26,825 bases of DNA from Candidatus Nomurabacteria bacterium (GCA_943356425.1 CALRFE010000001.1:1-26825); one strand, 5' to 3'. Positions 1-8,698 are shown, counted from the first letter of the stretch. Numbers and translations are program-made. The notes: generated by a model from the letters alone, not told the origin.

Positions 1-5
1 CTCCC

Positions 6-1481
6 GTGTCGAGCGCTCCCGCAGTCGTCCCTTCTCAGTCGGCTGTACAACCGCTCGCACAGCCGATGCAAAGTGCGGTCATTATGCCGGTGCATTTTGA
101 AACAGCTCCACATCACAAAAAGAGCAAAGCGCTCTTTGTTGCGATTGTCGCACTTCTCGTCCTTGTCGGCGGGGGAGCGGCATATGCGTATCAGTACTAT
201 TTTCATCCGACGCCAGAAAAATTATTGAGCGCTGTCTTTAATAATATTCAAAGTGTGAAAAGCTTTAATTATGATCTGACATCGACTGTTTCGATGTCGA
301 TGCCTTCTTTTGATCCTGCGCCAAAGGGAAATGCGCCAATAGTACCAGATGGAAACACCGTGCAACCACCTATTGTCGAGATGCCACAAAAGAAAGGACC
401 AGTACAGACGATGATCTTTGATATCAAAGGTACGACTGATGCGAGCGACGAGAACAATATCAAGACCGAGACCGCTTTTCATATGACAAGCACGATGTTG
501 CCAATAAAACTCGCACTTGATCTTAACGCAAAATATCTCAATCAGAAATTTTTTATACAGATTCCGGAACTCGGGTTGTTTGCCACAGGAATGAATCCTG
601 ACTTTAAGTCCGGTGATTGGCTCTATGCGACGACGGACGAAATTGCGAAGATGCTCTCCGATTTCGAACAAGATACGAGTGGAGCTCCCACACTTTCATC
701 AGAGGATATCAAGAACAAATTTAACAGTAAAAACAATCTCGCATTTCTAAAATTACTTCACGAGAATGATGTGATCGAGGTCACGGGCGAGATCGATCCA
801 ATGAAAGAAAATAACAGGACTTATCGTCGATTTGGATTTACTCTTGCCAATGACAAACTCGAGTCTGCACTTGAGCAACTGTACGGTCTAAAGACATTCT
901 CATCTTCATCTGAAAATGAGATAAAAAATGCGATCTCTGATTTAATACGATCATTTGCGCTTACGGACGGAGAACTTTGGATAGACTCGGCATCTCGCTT
1001 GCCGTATAAAATAGCATTTAAATTGGTTACCAAAACTCCCGAATCTTTAAAATTTGATCTTTCAATACAGGTAGCGATGACGTTTACTGATTATGGAAAT
1101 ATAACTTCAATTGTCGAACCGAAAGATCCAAAGTCACTTTATACGACGGTATACACAAGTTTACAAACAGCTCGACAAAAAGGAACCGATGCGAAAATAA
1201 AGTCGAATCTCTCAAGTATGCGTGCTGAAGCGGAAGTTTACTATTCAAACATGGTTCCAAATAATAGCTATAAAGGATTCTGTACTTCGACTAGGGCACA
1301 GGAACTTATCCATAGTACAGAAAATAGTATTGGCGTCGGCAAAGTGATCTGTACTGCTGGTAATTTCACATGGAAAACATATGCACCACTTATTACTGAT
1401 CCAGCAAAGTATTTCTGTGTCGATAGTACTGGAAATGCACTTGAAATTACAAAGACCCCGACCGGATTCGCGTGTAATTGA
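6..1481 (+). CDS. Membrane-anchored protein (probably 5'-truncated): Pro/Gln-rich N-terminus, one TM helix, LppX/LolA-like beta-rich middle, C-terminal type IV pilin-like globular domain
   Basis: The frame is open to the window edge, so the true start is probably upstream. TM segment ALFVAIVALLVLVGGGAAYAY. The C-terminus SLQTARQKGTDAKIKSNLSSMRAEAEVYY...C...C...YFCVDSTG...C resembles Parcubacteria pilins. The fold of the middle domain is a guess. Confidence 0.6.
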   Translation: MSSAPAVVPSQSAVQPLAQPMQSAVIMPVHFETAPHHKKSKALFVAIVALLVLVGGGAAYAYQYYFHPTPEKLLSAVFNNIQSVKSFNYDLTSTVSMSMPSFDPAPKGNAPIVPDGNTVQPPIVEMPQKKGPVQTMIFDIKGTTDASDENNIKTETAFHMTSTMLPIKLALDLNAKYLNQKFFIQIPELGLFATGMNPDFKSGDWLYATTDEIAKMLSDFEQDTSGAPTLSSEDIKNKFNSKNNLAFLKLLHENDVIEVTGEIDPMKENNRTYRRFGFTLANDKLESALEQLYGLKTFSSSSENEIKNAISDLIRSFALTDGELWIDSASRLPYKIAFKLVTKTPESLKFDLSIQVAMTFTDYGNITSIVEPKDPKSLYTTVYTSLQTARQKGTDAKIKSNLSSMRAEAEVYYSNMVPNNSYKGFCTSTRAQELIHSTENSIGVGKVICTAGNFTWKTYAPLITDPAKYFCVDSTGNALEITKTPTGFACN

Positions 1482-1483
1482 TC

Positions 1484-1825
1484 ATGGAGCTCCACAAGAA
1501 AAAATGCATACCGTGCGAGAAAAAAAATATCAAGCCCTTCGATCATGATACGGCTCATGTATATGCTCGTGAAATTCCATCATGGACGCTCGCCGAGAAT
1601 GGAAAATCAATTTCAAAAAAATATGCGTTCGCGGATTTTGGGGCATCGCTTCGTTTTGTGAATACAGTAGGGGATATCGCGGAAATGGAAGGGCATCATC
1701 CGGACATCACGATCAATTATAATAAAGTAGCACTTTCGCTTTCGACGCATTCGATCGGCGGACTAACAGAAAATGATTTTATTGTCGCCGCAAAAATAGA
1801 CGCGCTCGAAAAATTTCCACACTAA
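1484..1825 (+). CDS. phhB: Pterin-4-alpha-carbinolamine dehydratase
   Basis: Motifs FVNTVGDIAEMEGHHPDITINYNKV and LSTHSIGGLTENDFIVAAKID. ATG 1484 is preferred over TTG 1478. Confidence 0.92.
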   Translation: MELHKKKCIPCEKKNIKPFDHDTAHVYAREIPSWTLAENGKSISKKYAFADFGASLRFVNTVGDIAEMEGHHPDITINYNKVALSLSTHSIGGLTENDFIVAAKIDALEKFPH

Positions 1826-1830
1826 AATAT

Positions 1831-2832
1831 ATGGGATTTATTGCACTCCACATGAGCATACTCGGTCTTTCTTTACTCGGCTTTGTCGTCGCTTTTTATA
1901 TTGCGATGAAAAAATATACGAAGGCCCCGCTCATCTGTCCGATGAAATCAGATTGTAATACGGTCATTCAGAGTCACCATTCAGAATTTTTAGGGATGCG
2001 TGTCGAATATCTTGGCATGGCCTATTATCTTTTTGTGGCATTGATGCACGCTATTTTTGTCGTCTTTCCAGTTCTTTTTTCTCCCTTTGCGCAATTCGTC
2101 TCGTTCACAACAGCAGCGATCGCGGCACTCTTTTCCTTGTATCTGATCTCTATCCAAGGCCTGGTCATCAAACAATGGTGTGTGTGGTGTCTTACCTCGG
2201 CATTTGTTTCAGGAGCGATCATTTTTTTGACGCACACATCGATCGTGATGCCACTGCCAAAACTTTTTGGAATGTTCACAAAACTCGTCACCGTGCTCCA
2301 TCTTTTTGGTGTGACAATCGGCGTCGGCGCTGCGACGATCACCGATATTTTCTTTTTTAGATTCTTGAAGGATTACAAGATCTCAGAAGAAGAGGCGAGT
2401 CTGCTCAAAATACTTTCAAATGTCATTTGGGCAGCGCTCGGGATCCTCTTACTGACCGGTGTCCTCTTGTTCTTGCCGAAGTCTGAAACATTACTTGCTT
2501 CCGGAAAATTCCTGACCAAGATGACGGCCATTGCGGTCCTTATTGCGAATGGTTTTCTCTTAAATATCGTCATTCAACCACGATTGGCACGGATCTCTTT
2601 CAATGAGGAACACGACCATATGCCGGGAGAGTTGCATCACATCCGAAAGTTATCATTTGCCCTCGGCGCTATCTCATTGAGTTCATGGTATTTCATCTTT
2701 GTTTTAGGTGCACTGCGCGGAGTCGTCATACCATATATTCCATTGGTCGCTTCATATGGAGGGATCCTCATTGTCGCTGTTGTTGGTAGCCAGATCTTCG
2801 ATCGTTATTTTATCCGCAAAAAGATATTCTAA
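1831..2832 (+). CDS. Vitamin K epoxide reductase (VKOR) family protein fused to a second multi-TM domain
   Basis: Loop Cys pair CPMKSDC, then SHHSEFLG, and redox motif WCVWC. About 5 further hydrophobic helices follow. The start may be ATG 1852. Confidence 0.85.
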   Translation: MGFIALHMSILGLSLLGFVVAFYIAMKKYTKAPLICPMKSDCNTVIQSHHSEFLGMRVEYLGMAYYLFVALMHAIFVVFPVLFSPFAQFVSFTTAAIAALFSLYLISIQGLVIKQWCVWCLTSAFVSGAIIFLTHTSIVMPLPKLFGMFTKLVTVLHLFGVTIGVGAATITDIFFFRFLKDYKISEEEASLLKILSNVIWAALGILLLTGVLLFLPKSETLLASGKFLTKMTAIAVLIANGFLLNIVIQPRLARISFNEEHDHMPGELHHIRKLSFALGAISLSSWYFIFVLGALRGVVIPYIPLVASYGGILIVAVVGSQIFDRYFIRKKIF

Positions 2833-2876
2833 ATGGATCTCATTATCCTCTCTGGCTGGCAAAAAATGCAATAATT

Positions 2877-2885
2877 TGGTAGACT
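2877..2885 (+). promoter_or_regulatory. Extended -10 element for tRNA-His
   Basis: TGgTAGACT about 35 nt upstream of the tRNA. Confidence 0.4.
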
Positions 2886-2920
2886 CTTTTCACAAGATTG
2901 CTTGTGCAGTCTTTTTACAT

Positions 2921-2992
2921 GGTGCCCATGGTGTAGCGGTAACACAGAAGCTTGTGGAGCTTTTATCTCGGGTTCGACCCCCGATGGGCACC
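2921..2992 (+). tRNA. tRNA-His (GTG), genomically encoded G-1, CCA not fully encoded
   Basis: Cloverleaf: acceptor GGTGCCCA/TGGGCACC (8 bp with G-1:C73), D arm GTGT-AGCGGTA-ACAC, anticodon arm GAAGC-TTGTGGA-GCTTT (GTG at 2954-2956), T arm TCGGG-TTCGACC-CCCGA. It is followed by CAA, not CCA. Confidence 0.96.
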
Positions 2993-3065
2993 CAACTAAG
3001 AATTTATGGTTTTCTTTTTTTGGTTGATATATTTGCAGTATGTGGAATAATTTTGTATTTTGTCG

Positions 3066-3074
3066 TGGTATACT
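3066..3074 (+). promoter_or_regulatory. Extended -10 element for the 20-aa micro-ORF
   Basis: TGgTATACT 30 nt upstream of ATG 3105. Confidence 0.5.
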
Positions 3075-3104
3075 CAATGTATTATCATAATCAAAACTTA
3101 TTTT

Positions 3105-3167
3105 ATGGCAAAAGGAATGTCACATAAGAAGGAGGCGAAGAAGCCTAAAAAAGCTAAGAAGAAATAA
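3105..3167 (+). CDS. 20-aa Lys-rich micro-protein MAKGMSHKKEAKKPKKAKKK (not in ORF track)
   Basis: ATG to TAA translated by hand. It is bracketed by an extended -10 and a strong terminator, and 10 of 20 residues are Lys. Confidence 0.6.
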   Translation: MAKGMSHKKEAKKPKKAKKK

Positions 3168-3169
3168 AT

Positions 3170-3215
3170 AAAAAAAATCCCGGTATGATCCACTGATCAT
3201 GCCGGGATTTTTTTT
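3170..3215. terminator. Bidirectional intrinsic terminator
   Basis: A8-TCCCGGTATGATC-cact-GATCATGCCGGGA-T8 between convergent ORFs. Confidence 0.88.
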
Positions 3216-3699
3216 ATTTATTACGCAAGAGTTCTTCTCCGATTTCCTGCACGTTTGTTTTCTGTTTCATTTCTCGGAGTTCTGCATCATCCTCATGGTC
3301 TAATCCAAGATGGTCATGGATCTCGTCAAGCATATTTAAGATCCGCGTTATTTCATCTTCGGCACGGACATTGATCTCGAAATCCGTCTCTTCGCGTACG
3401 TCAGCCACATCACTCGCACGATTCTGACTGATGAGGACGATGATGGAAAGAAAAATTGCTTCGAGCGAGACGAGCATCGTCAAGAATTCGAACGGATATG
3501 GATCGAATGCTGGGAAGATCGGCAAGATGCCCAGATTAATAAGGATCCAAAAAAGAAAAAAAAGCGCATTGGCGGTCAAGAACCAGACCGTTCCGAAGAG
3601 GCGCGTCATAGTATCAGCAAGGGCGTCTGCCCAAGACATCTTGATCTTCATCCGTGCTCGAAAACCGGAAGTAATTTCTTTTTTATTTGGAATAGGCAT
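3214..3699 (-). CDS. DUF1003-family membrane protein
   Basis: ADALADTMTRLFGT, FDPYPFEFLTMLVSLEAIFLSIIVLISQNR and REETDFEINVRAEDEI are typical of DUF1003. The start is uncertain (GTG 3738 or ATG 3699). Confidence 0.85.
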   Translation of the reverse strand: MPIPNKKEITSGFRARMKIKMSWADALADTMTRLFGTVWFLTANALFFLFWILINLGILPIFPAFDPYPFEFLTMLVSLEAIFLSIIVLISQNRASDVADVREETDFEINVRAEDEITRILNMLDEIHDHLGLDHEDDAELREMKQKTNVQEIGEELLRNK

Positions 3700-3803
3700 A
3701 TTCGGTGTCGATCGTAATCGCTTTGTATAGCATATCACGGAAAAGAATCGTATGACACATGAGATGTCTTTCGTCGCAAGAACTGGTATACTATTGGTTC
3801 AGT

Positions 3804-4283
3804 ATGGTTGATGCATTATTTACAGCGTATGCGCTTCATCGGCAAGGTAAATTACACAAACGGCTCATCTTTCGACTTACATTTCTAACGACGCTTTCGC
3901 TCATATTCGGATATATTACGCTCCACGACATCATTTTGCGGGGCTTTCATTGGTATGTTTCAATGGGCGTATTTTGTGCGGGCTTTTTGATCGGACTCTT
4001 ATTTTTTTCGCACGTCTTTGTCATCAAGTGGGATGAAGAACGAGAAATTGTTGCAGTGGGGAGGCTCGATACCACAGGCATCGTCGTCCTTTTAGTGTAT
4101 CTCTCTGTCCGTCTTTGGGTAAAATTTTTTCTTGAAGAGCATTACCGCAATATTTTTGTTGTATCGGCGATCACGTTCGCGGCGCTCTTCGGGGTGATGA
4201 CTGGTCGATTGATCGGAGCGCTCATTGCGATCCATCGTGCACATCAGTTGCACGAGGAACAGCATACTCCGCCGAATACATAG
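3804..4283 (+). CDS. Multi-TM membrane protein, possibly CcdC/DUF1453-like
   Basis: Four hydrophobic helices. TGgTATACT at 3784-3792 favours ATG 3804 over 3759. The family call is weak. Confidence 0.6.
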   Translation: MVDALFTAYALHRQGKLHKRLIFRLTFLTTLSLIFGYITLHDIILRGFHWYVSMGVFCAGFLIGLLFFSHVFVIKWDEEREIVAVGRLDTTGIVVLLVYLSVRLWVKFFLEEHYRNIFVVSAITFAALFGVMTGRLIGALIAIHRAHQLHEEQHTPPNT

Positions 4284-4317
4284 CCAGAATTTCAGTAATT
4301 AGCTATACTTAGCTCAT

Positions 4318-4485
4318 ATGGCATTACTTACAATTTGGAACACACTAGTGCTCACGATCCAGACCATCGGATATGTACAGTTCGGGATCATTATTATCGT
4401 CGATATTTTACTCTGGCGCGTGCATCCGGTGCTCGGCATCATCGCTGCATTACTTACCTTTTCATTTTTAATGCATTGGATCTAA
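4318..4485 (+). CDS. 55-aa hydrophobic micro-protein (not in ORF track)
   Basis: MALLTIWNTLVLTIQTIGYVQFGIIIIVDILLWRVHPVLGIIAALLTFSFLMHWI. It fills the gap before mscL exactly, and TATACT (4304-4309) lies 8 nt upstream of the ATG. Confidence 0.7.
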   Translation: MALLTIWNTLVLTIQTIGYVQFGIIIIVDILLWRVHPVLGIIAALLTFSFLMHWI

Positions 4486-4497
4486 TACATATATAGT

Positions 4498-4896
4498 ATG
4501 AAAAATTTTCTCAAAGAATTCAAAGAGTTTGCAATGCGTGGCAATGTGATGGATCTCGCCGTCGGTGTGGTCATTGGTGGAGCATTCGGCAAGATCGTCT
4601 CCTCGCTCGTTTCTGATGTCATCATGCCGATCATCGGCGTGATCTTAGGTGGGGTAAATTTTACTGATATAAAGATCACACTCAAACATGCCACAGTATC
4701 TTCGCTTGCTGTTACGCTCAATATCGGAAATTTTCTCCAAGCGATCGTCGATTTTACCATCGTCGCGCTCGCGATCTTTGTTACGATCAAGCTCATCAAT
4801 CGATTGAAGCGCGAAAAGAGGAACACTGAAACAATAGATAGTGTGACGAAAGAACAGCAACTGTTGATCGAGATCAGAGATCTGCTCAAGAAATAA
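4498..4896 (+). CDS. mscL: Large-conductance mechanosensitive channel
   Basis: EFKEFAMRGNVMDLAVGVVIGGAFGKIVSSLVSDVIMP and C-terminal LLIEIRDLLKK. Confidence 0.97.
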   Translation: MKNFLKEFKEFAMRGNVMDLAVGVVIGGAFGKIVSSLVSDVIMPIIGVILGGVNFTDIKITLKHATVSSLAVTLNIGNFLQAIVDFTIVALAIFVTIKLINRLKREKRNTETIDSVTKEQQLLIEIRDLLKK

Positions 4897-4919
4897 TTTT
4901 TTAAAAACGACATATAAGC

Positions 4920-4956
4920 GCCCGGCAAGATCCAGTATAAGATTTTGCCGGGCTTT
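4920..4956 (+). terminator. Hairpin terminator after mscL
   Basis: GCCCGGCAAGATC...GATTTTGCCGGGC followed by TTT; the U-tract is short. Confidence 0.65.
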
Positions 4957-4971
4957 GCTATACTGTAATCT

Positions 4972-5730
4972 ATGTCAGACACAACAACACCCGGCATGGA
5001 TATGCCAAAAGGAACATTTCGAAAAACCCCGACACGCGGATTGACGACCGACGAGGTCCGCAAGATCTGCCGTGGACACGCGGGCAAGGATCGTGTCGAT
5101 CAATTGCTCTGTGTCATGGAGGAAGAATTGGAGCACGGATTTGAATTTCTGGAGAAACATCCGAAGATGATCACGTTCTTGGGTTCGGCGCGCACAGAGA
5201 AAGGTGACCCTTACTATGAGCATGCGCGTTCACTTGGATATCGTATCGTTGATGAACTTGGCGTACCGGTGGCGACCGGTGGCGGTCCTGGTATTATGGA
5301 AGCAGGGAACAAGGGTGCATTCGAAGCAGGCGGAGAATCTCTCGGTATGACTATTGAATTACCATTTGAGCAATCTACAAATCCTTTTGTTAATGAAGAA
5401 ATGGATTTTCACTTCTTTTTTACTCGTAAAGTCATCATGTTCTATGCTTCGTATGGTTTTGTCTTCTTCCCAGGAGGATTTGGTACGCTCAATGAGTTTT
5501 TTGAGACGGTAACGCTCATGCAGACGCACAAAATGCAACCAGTACCGCTCATCTTGTTCGGCAGTGAGTTCTGGAATCCTTTGCAAAAGGCTATCGTAGA
5601 GAGCGATCTCCTTAAGCACGAATATATTGATCCAGGAGACGCTAATCTCCTCTATGTGATCACTGATAGCGAAGATGAAGTCATTGAAATACTCTCGCGG
5701 TCATTTCCTAAGAAGCATAAAAACGGTTAA
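4972..5730 (+). CDS. LOG-family (TIGR00730-type) nucleotide phosphoribohydrolase / Rossmann-fold protein
   Basis: FLGSAR, TGGGPGIMEAGNKGA, FFTRK and PGGFGTLNE motifs. TGcTATACT at 4956-4964 lies 7 nt before the ATG. Confidence 0.92.
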   Translation: MSDTTTPGMDMPKGTFRKTPTRGLTTDEVRKICRGHAGKDRVDQLLCVMEEELEHGFEFLEKHPKMITFLGSARTEKGDPYYEHARSLGYRIVDELGVPVATGGGPGIMEAGNKGAFEAGGESLGMTIELPFEQSTNPFVNEEMDFHFFFTRKVIMFYASYGFVFFPGGFGTLNEFFETVTLMQTHKMQPVPLILFGSEFWNPLQKAIVESDLLKHEYIDPGDANLLYVITDSEDEVIEILSRSFPKKHKNG

Positions 5731-5900
5731 AAAAGTGCAACGGACAGTTTTTGGTGACATAAAAAACTCTTTTTTCTTTTTTTGATTTTTCCATTATTTT
5801 TGTTTAAAAAAACACCCGAAAAGTAAGGCTCATTTTAAGAAAAGAGCAGTTGCTTCTTGACCATGTTTCAGATAGTTGCTCTCATTGGTTTCTTGATGGG

Positions 5901-5909
5901 TTATCCACA
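5901..5909 (+). promoter_or_regulatory. Consensus DnaA box upstream of the nrdA promoter
   Basis: Exact TTATCCACA, 18 nt upstream of an extended -10 TGcTAAAAT (5928-5936). Confidence 0.45.
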
Positions 5910-6033
5910 AAATGAGTTTTGATGGCGTGCTAAAATGTACCAGCGATAGACGAAGAACCGTGCCTTTCCTCCTATTTTTTATCGGCGCATCCGCCACTAT
6001 ATCCATTATCAGTAATCATAATCAGAACCTGTT

Positions 6034-8574
6034 ATGAATATCACCATCACAAAACGCGACGGCACCCGAGAGCCATTCAATGCCGACCGAATCAATCGGG
6101 CGATTGAACGCGCGTGCTACGGACTTACTGATCCGATCGGTAAGGTCACACAAATTGCGAGCGAAACGAATCTCACGCTCTATGATGGTATTACGACTGA
6201 AGAAATGGACCAAGCTGCGATCAATGCAGCACTCCAGAACGCGCAATCTGATCTTGAATTTGATAAAATTGCGACTCGGCTCTTCCTAAAAACTATTTAT
6301 AAAAAAGTAGTTGGTGATTTTGATACTAAAGAAGAATTGGCGGCGATGCATAAGGGGCATTTTCCGCACTACATCCGTCTTGGCGTCGAGCTCGGATTGC
6401 TCGACCAACGGCTTGCAAAAGTTTTTGATCTTGATGAACTCGCAAAGGCGCTCAAGATCGAACGCGACGAGCTCTACAAATATTCCGGCATCTCGACGAT
6501 GCAAAATCGTTACCTTATCAAAGATGCAGAACAAAATGTGATCGAAACCCCGCAATATTTTTGGATGCGCGTCGCGATGGGTATGTCCATTCTTGAAAAA
6601 AATCCGACCGAATGGGCAAAGAAATTCTATGACAAGATGTCTAAGCTCGAATATCTCTCTGCGGGGTCAACTAACATCGGTGCGGGGACAACACGTCCTT
6701 CGCTCTCGAACTGTTTCTTGATGCAAGTTGAAGACGATATGGCGCACATCGGAAAAACTGCTTCTGACGTCTTAATGCTCTCAAAGGCGACCGGCGGTAT
6801 TGGACTTGCAGTCACAAAACTTCGTGCGAACGGATCAGTACTCAAATCGAACAACACAGTCTCTTCCGGCCCTGTTCCATTTTTACACATCATGGACTCT
6901 GCGGTCCGCGCAGTACAGCGCGGTGGCAAGAAAAAAGGCGCACTCTGTTTCTATATGGAGAACTGGCACATCGATTTCCAAGATTTTCTCGATCTCAAAC
7001 AGAATGCCGGTGATGATTATCGCCGTACGCGTACCGCAAACACCGCTGTCTATATGTCTGACGAATTCATGCAACGTGTTCGCGACGACAAAGACTGGTA
7101 TCTCTTCGATCCGAAAGAAGTCGCTGACCTGATCGAGCTCTATGGCACTGCGTTTTCAAAACGCTACGCAGAATATGCGCTCATGGCAGAACGAGGAGAG
7201 CTTAAAATGTGGCAAAAGTTACCTGCGCGTCAGCAGTACAAGAACATTCTTGTCTCGCTCCAGACGACGTCACATCCATGGCTCACCTGGAAAGATACGA
7301 TCAACGTTCGTGCGCTCAACAATAATACGGGAACCATCCACGCGTCGAATCTCTGTACCGAAGTGACGCTTCCACAGAACAAAGATAATGTTGCTGTCTG
7401 TAACTTGGTCTCCATCAATATTGCGCGCCATATCGTCGGCAAGCAGATCGACTGGATGCGTCTCGAAGAGTCCGCACGTCTCGCAACGCGCCAGCTCGAT
7501 AATTTGATCGATGTCAATAAACTTCCAATTCCAGAAGCGATAAAAGCAGACAAAGAAAATCGTGCAGTCGGTCTCGGACTCATGGGATTTGCCGATGCGA
7601 TCGAACAGCTCGGCTATTCATATGAAGACAAAGAGGCGCATGATATCGCAGACAAGATCTTCGAATTCATCAGTTATATGTCGATCGATGAGAGCGCGAT
7701 GCTCGCGAGCGAGCGCGGTAGTTACAAAAATTTTGAAGGCTCTGGCTGGTCCAAAGGAATGGTTCCGATCGACACGATCAAATTACTCGACGAAGGACGT
7801 GGAAAGAAGCTCGATATTCCTGAAGGCAGTCTCGACATGACGCCACCGCTCGATTGGACAGGACTCCGAAAGAAAGTGCGAAAGGGAATGCGTAATGCGA
7901 CAGTGCTCGCGATCGCGCCGAACGCAAACATCGGACTTGTCGCGGGTACATCACCCGGTATTGATCCACGCTTTGCGCAAATGTTCTCTCGAAATAAAAT
8001 TTCCGGAAAATATCTTGAAGTCAATCCGAACCTCGTTGCCGATCTCAAATCAGAAAATCTCTGGGAAAAACATCGCGAAGAAATATTGTCGAGCCATGGA
8101 GATCTCGAAGGCATCGCTGGTATTCCGGATCGCATCAAGGCGATCTACAAAACTTCTTTTTCAACATCACCGCATGCATTTATCGAAGTCGCCGCTCGCG
8201 CACAAAAATGGGTTGACCAAGCGATCTCTCGAAACATGTATCTTGATGTCCGCGATGTTGATGAGATCATGAAGATCTACTCAGCTGCATGGGAAAAAGG
8301 TTTGAAGACGACCTATTATCTCCACATGAAGCCGAAGCATACCGCAGAACAATCGACCGTACGCGTCAATAAATCAGAAAGTATGGGCAAGAAGGGATTC
8401 GCGTCAGTGTTTAATAAAGTTGAGACGAAGACCGAGGAAATTGTTTCTGCTCAAACAGATGGAACGACTGCAATACCGGATGTCCGACCGAGTCCATTGA
8501 AAGAAAAACCACAGTTGGTCGTCCATGGTCCTGAAGACCCGAATGATGCATTGTTGTGCGAAGGATGCCAGTAA
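6034..8574 (+). CDS. nrdA: Class I ribonucleoside-diphosphate reductase alpha subunit with N-terminal ATP cone
   Basis: ATP cone ITKRDGTREPF; LSNCFL; SNLCTE; AVCNL; TTYYL; C-terminal CEGCQ. No intein is seen. Confidence 0.97.
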   Translation: MNITITKRDGTREPFNADRINRAIERACYGLTDPIGKVTQIASETNLTLYDGITTEEMDQAAINAALQNAQSDLEFDKIATRLFLKTIYKKVVGDFDTKEELAAMHKGHFPHYIRLGVELGLLDQRLAKVFDLDELAKALKIERDELYKYSGISTMQNRYLIKDAEQNVIETPQYFWMRVAMGMSILEKNPTEWAKKFYDKMSKLEYLSAGSTNIGAGTTRPSLSNCFLMQVEDDMAHIGKTASDVLMLSKATGGIGLAVTKLRANGSVLKSNNTVSSGPVPFLHIMDSAVRAVQRGGKKKGALCFYMENWHIDFQDFLDLKQNAGDDYRRTRTANTAVYMSDEFMQRVRDDKDWYLFDPKEVADLIELYGTAFSKRYAEYALMAERGELKMWQKLPARQQYKNILVSLQTTSHPWLTWKDTINVRALNNNTGTIHASNLCTEVTLPQNKDNVAVCNLVSINIARHIVGKQIDWMRLEESARLATRQLDNLIDVNKLPIPEAIKADKENRAVGLGLMGFADAIEQLGYSYEDKEAHDIADKIFEFISYMSIDESAMLASERGSYKNFEGSGWSKGMVPIDTIKLLDEGRGKKLDIPEGSLDMTPPLDWTGLRKKVRKGMRNATVLAIAPNANIGLVAGTSPGIDPRFAQMFSRNKISGKYLEVNPNLVADLKSENLWEKHREEILSSHGDLEGIAGIPDRIKAIYKTSFSTSPHAFIEVAARAQKWVDQAISRNMYLDVRDVDEIMKIYSAAWEKGLKTTYYLHMKPKHTAEQSTVRVNKSESMGKKGFASVFNKVETKTEEIVSAQTDGTTAIPDVRPSPLKEKPQLVVHGPEDPNDALLCEGCQ

Positions 8575-8696
8575 AATTAGCTTATAGTTGTTAGGTTTTA
8601 GTTTTTAGCTTTAGAGACAAAGAAAATAAGAATTATCATTTATTGGTTATAGAATTCCAAGCTAAAAGCTAACACCTATAACCTAACCCCTAATCA
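8574..8696. repeat. Inverted pair of 7-nt-periodic arrays (NNNNTAG x5-6 ... CTANNNN x5) between nrdA and nrdB
   Basis: aaattag cttatag ttgttag gttttag tttttag ctttag (8574-8614) and ctaaaag ctaacac ctataac ctaaccc ctaatca (8662-8696). Confidence 0.8.
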
Positions 8697-8698
8697 TC

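Noticed and set aside
2891-2906. Leader hairpin CACAAG-attg-CTTGTG whose arm matches the tRNA-His anticodon arm
   Set aside because: Only 6 nt. It could be chance, and there is no T-box or other supporting structure.
2829-3077. 82-aa minus-strand ORF, and the 139-aa plus-strand ORF at 2708-3127
   Set aside because: These are shadows of tRNA-His; GVEPEIKAPQASVLPLHH is the antisense translation of the tRNA.
5994-6008. Possible NrdR box (CACTATAT)
   Set aside because: Only half of the palindromic consensus matches, and there is no tandem second box.
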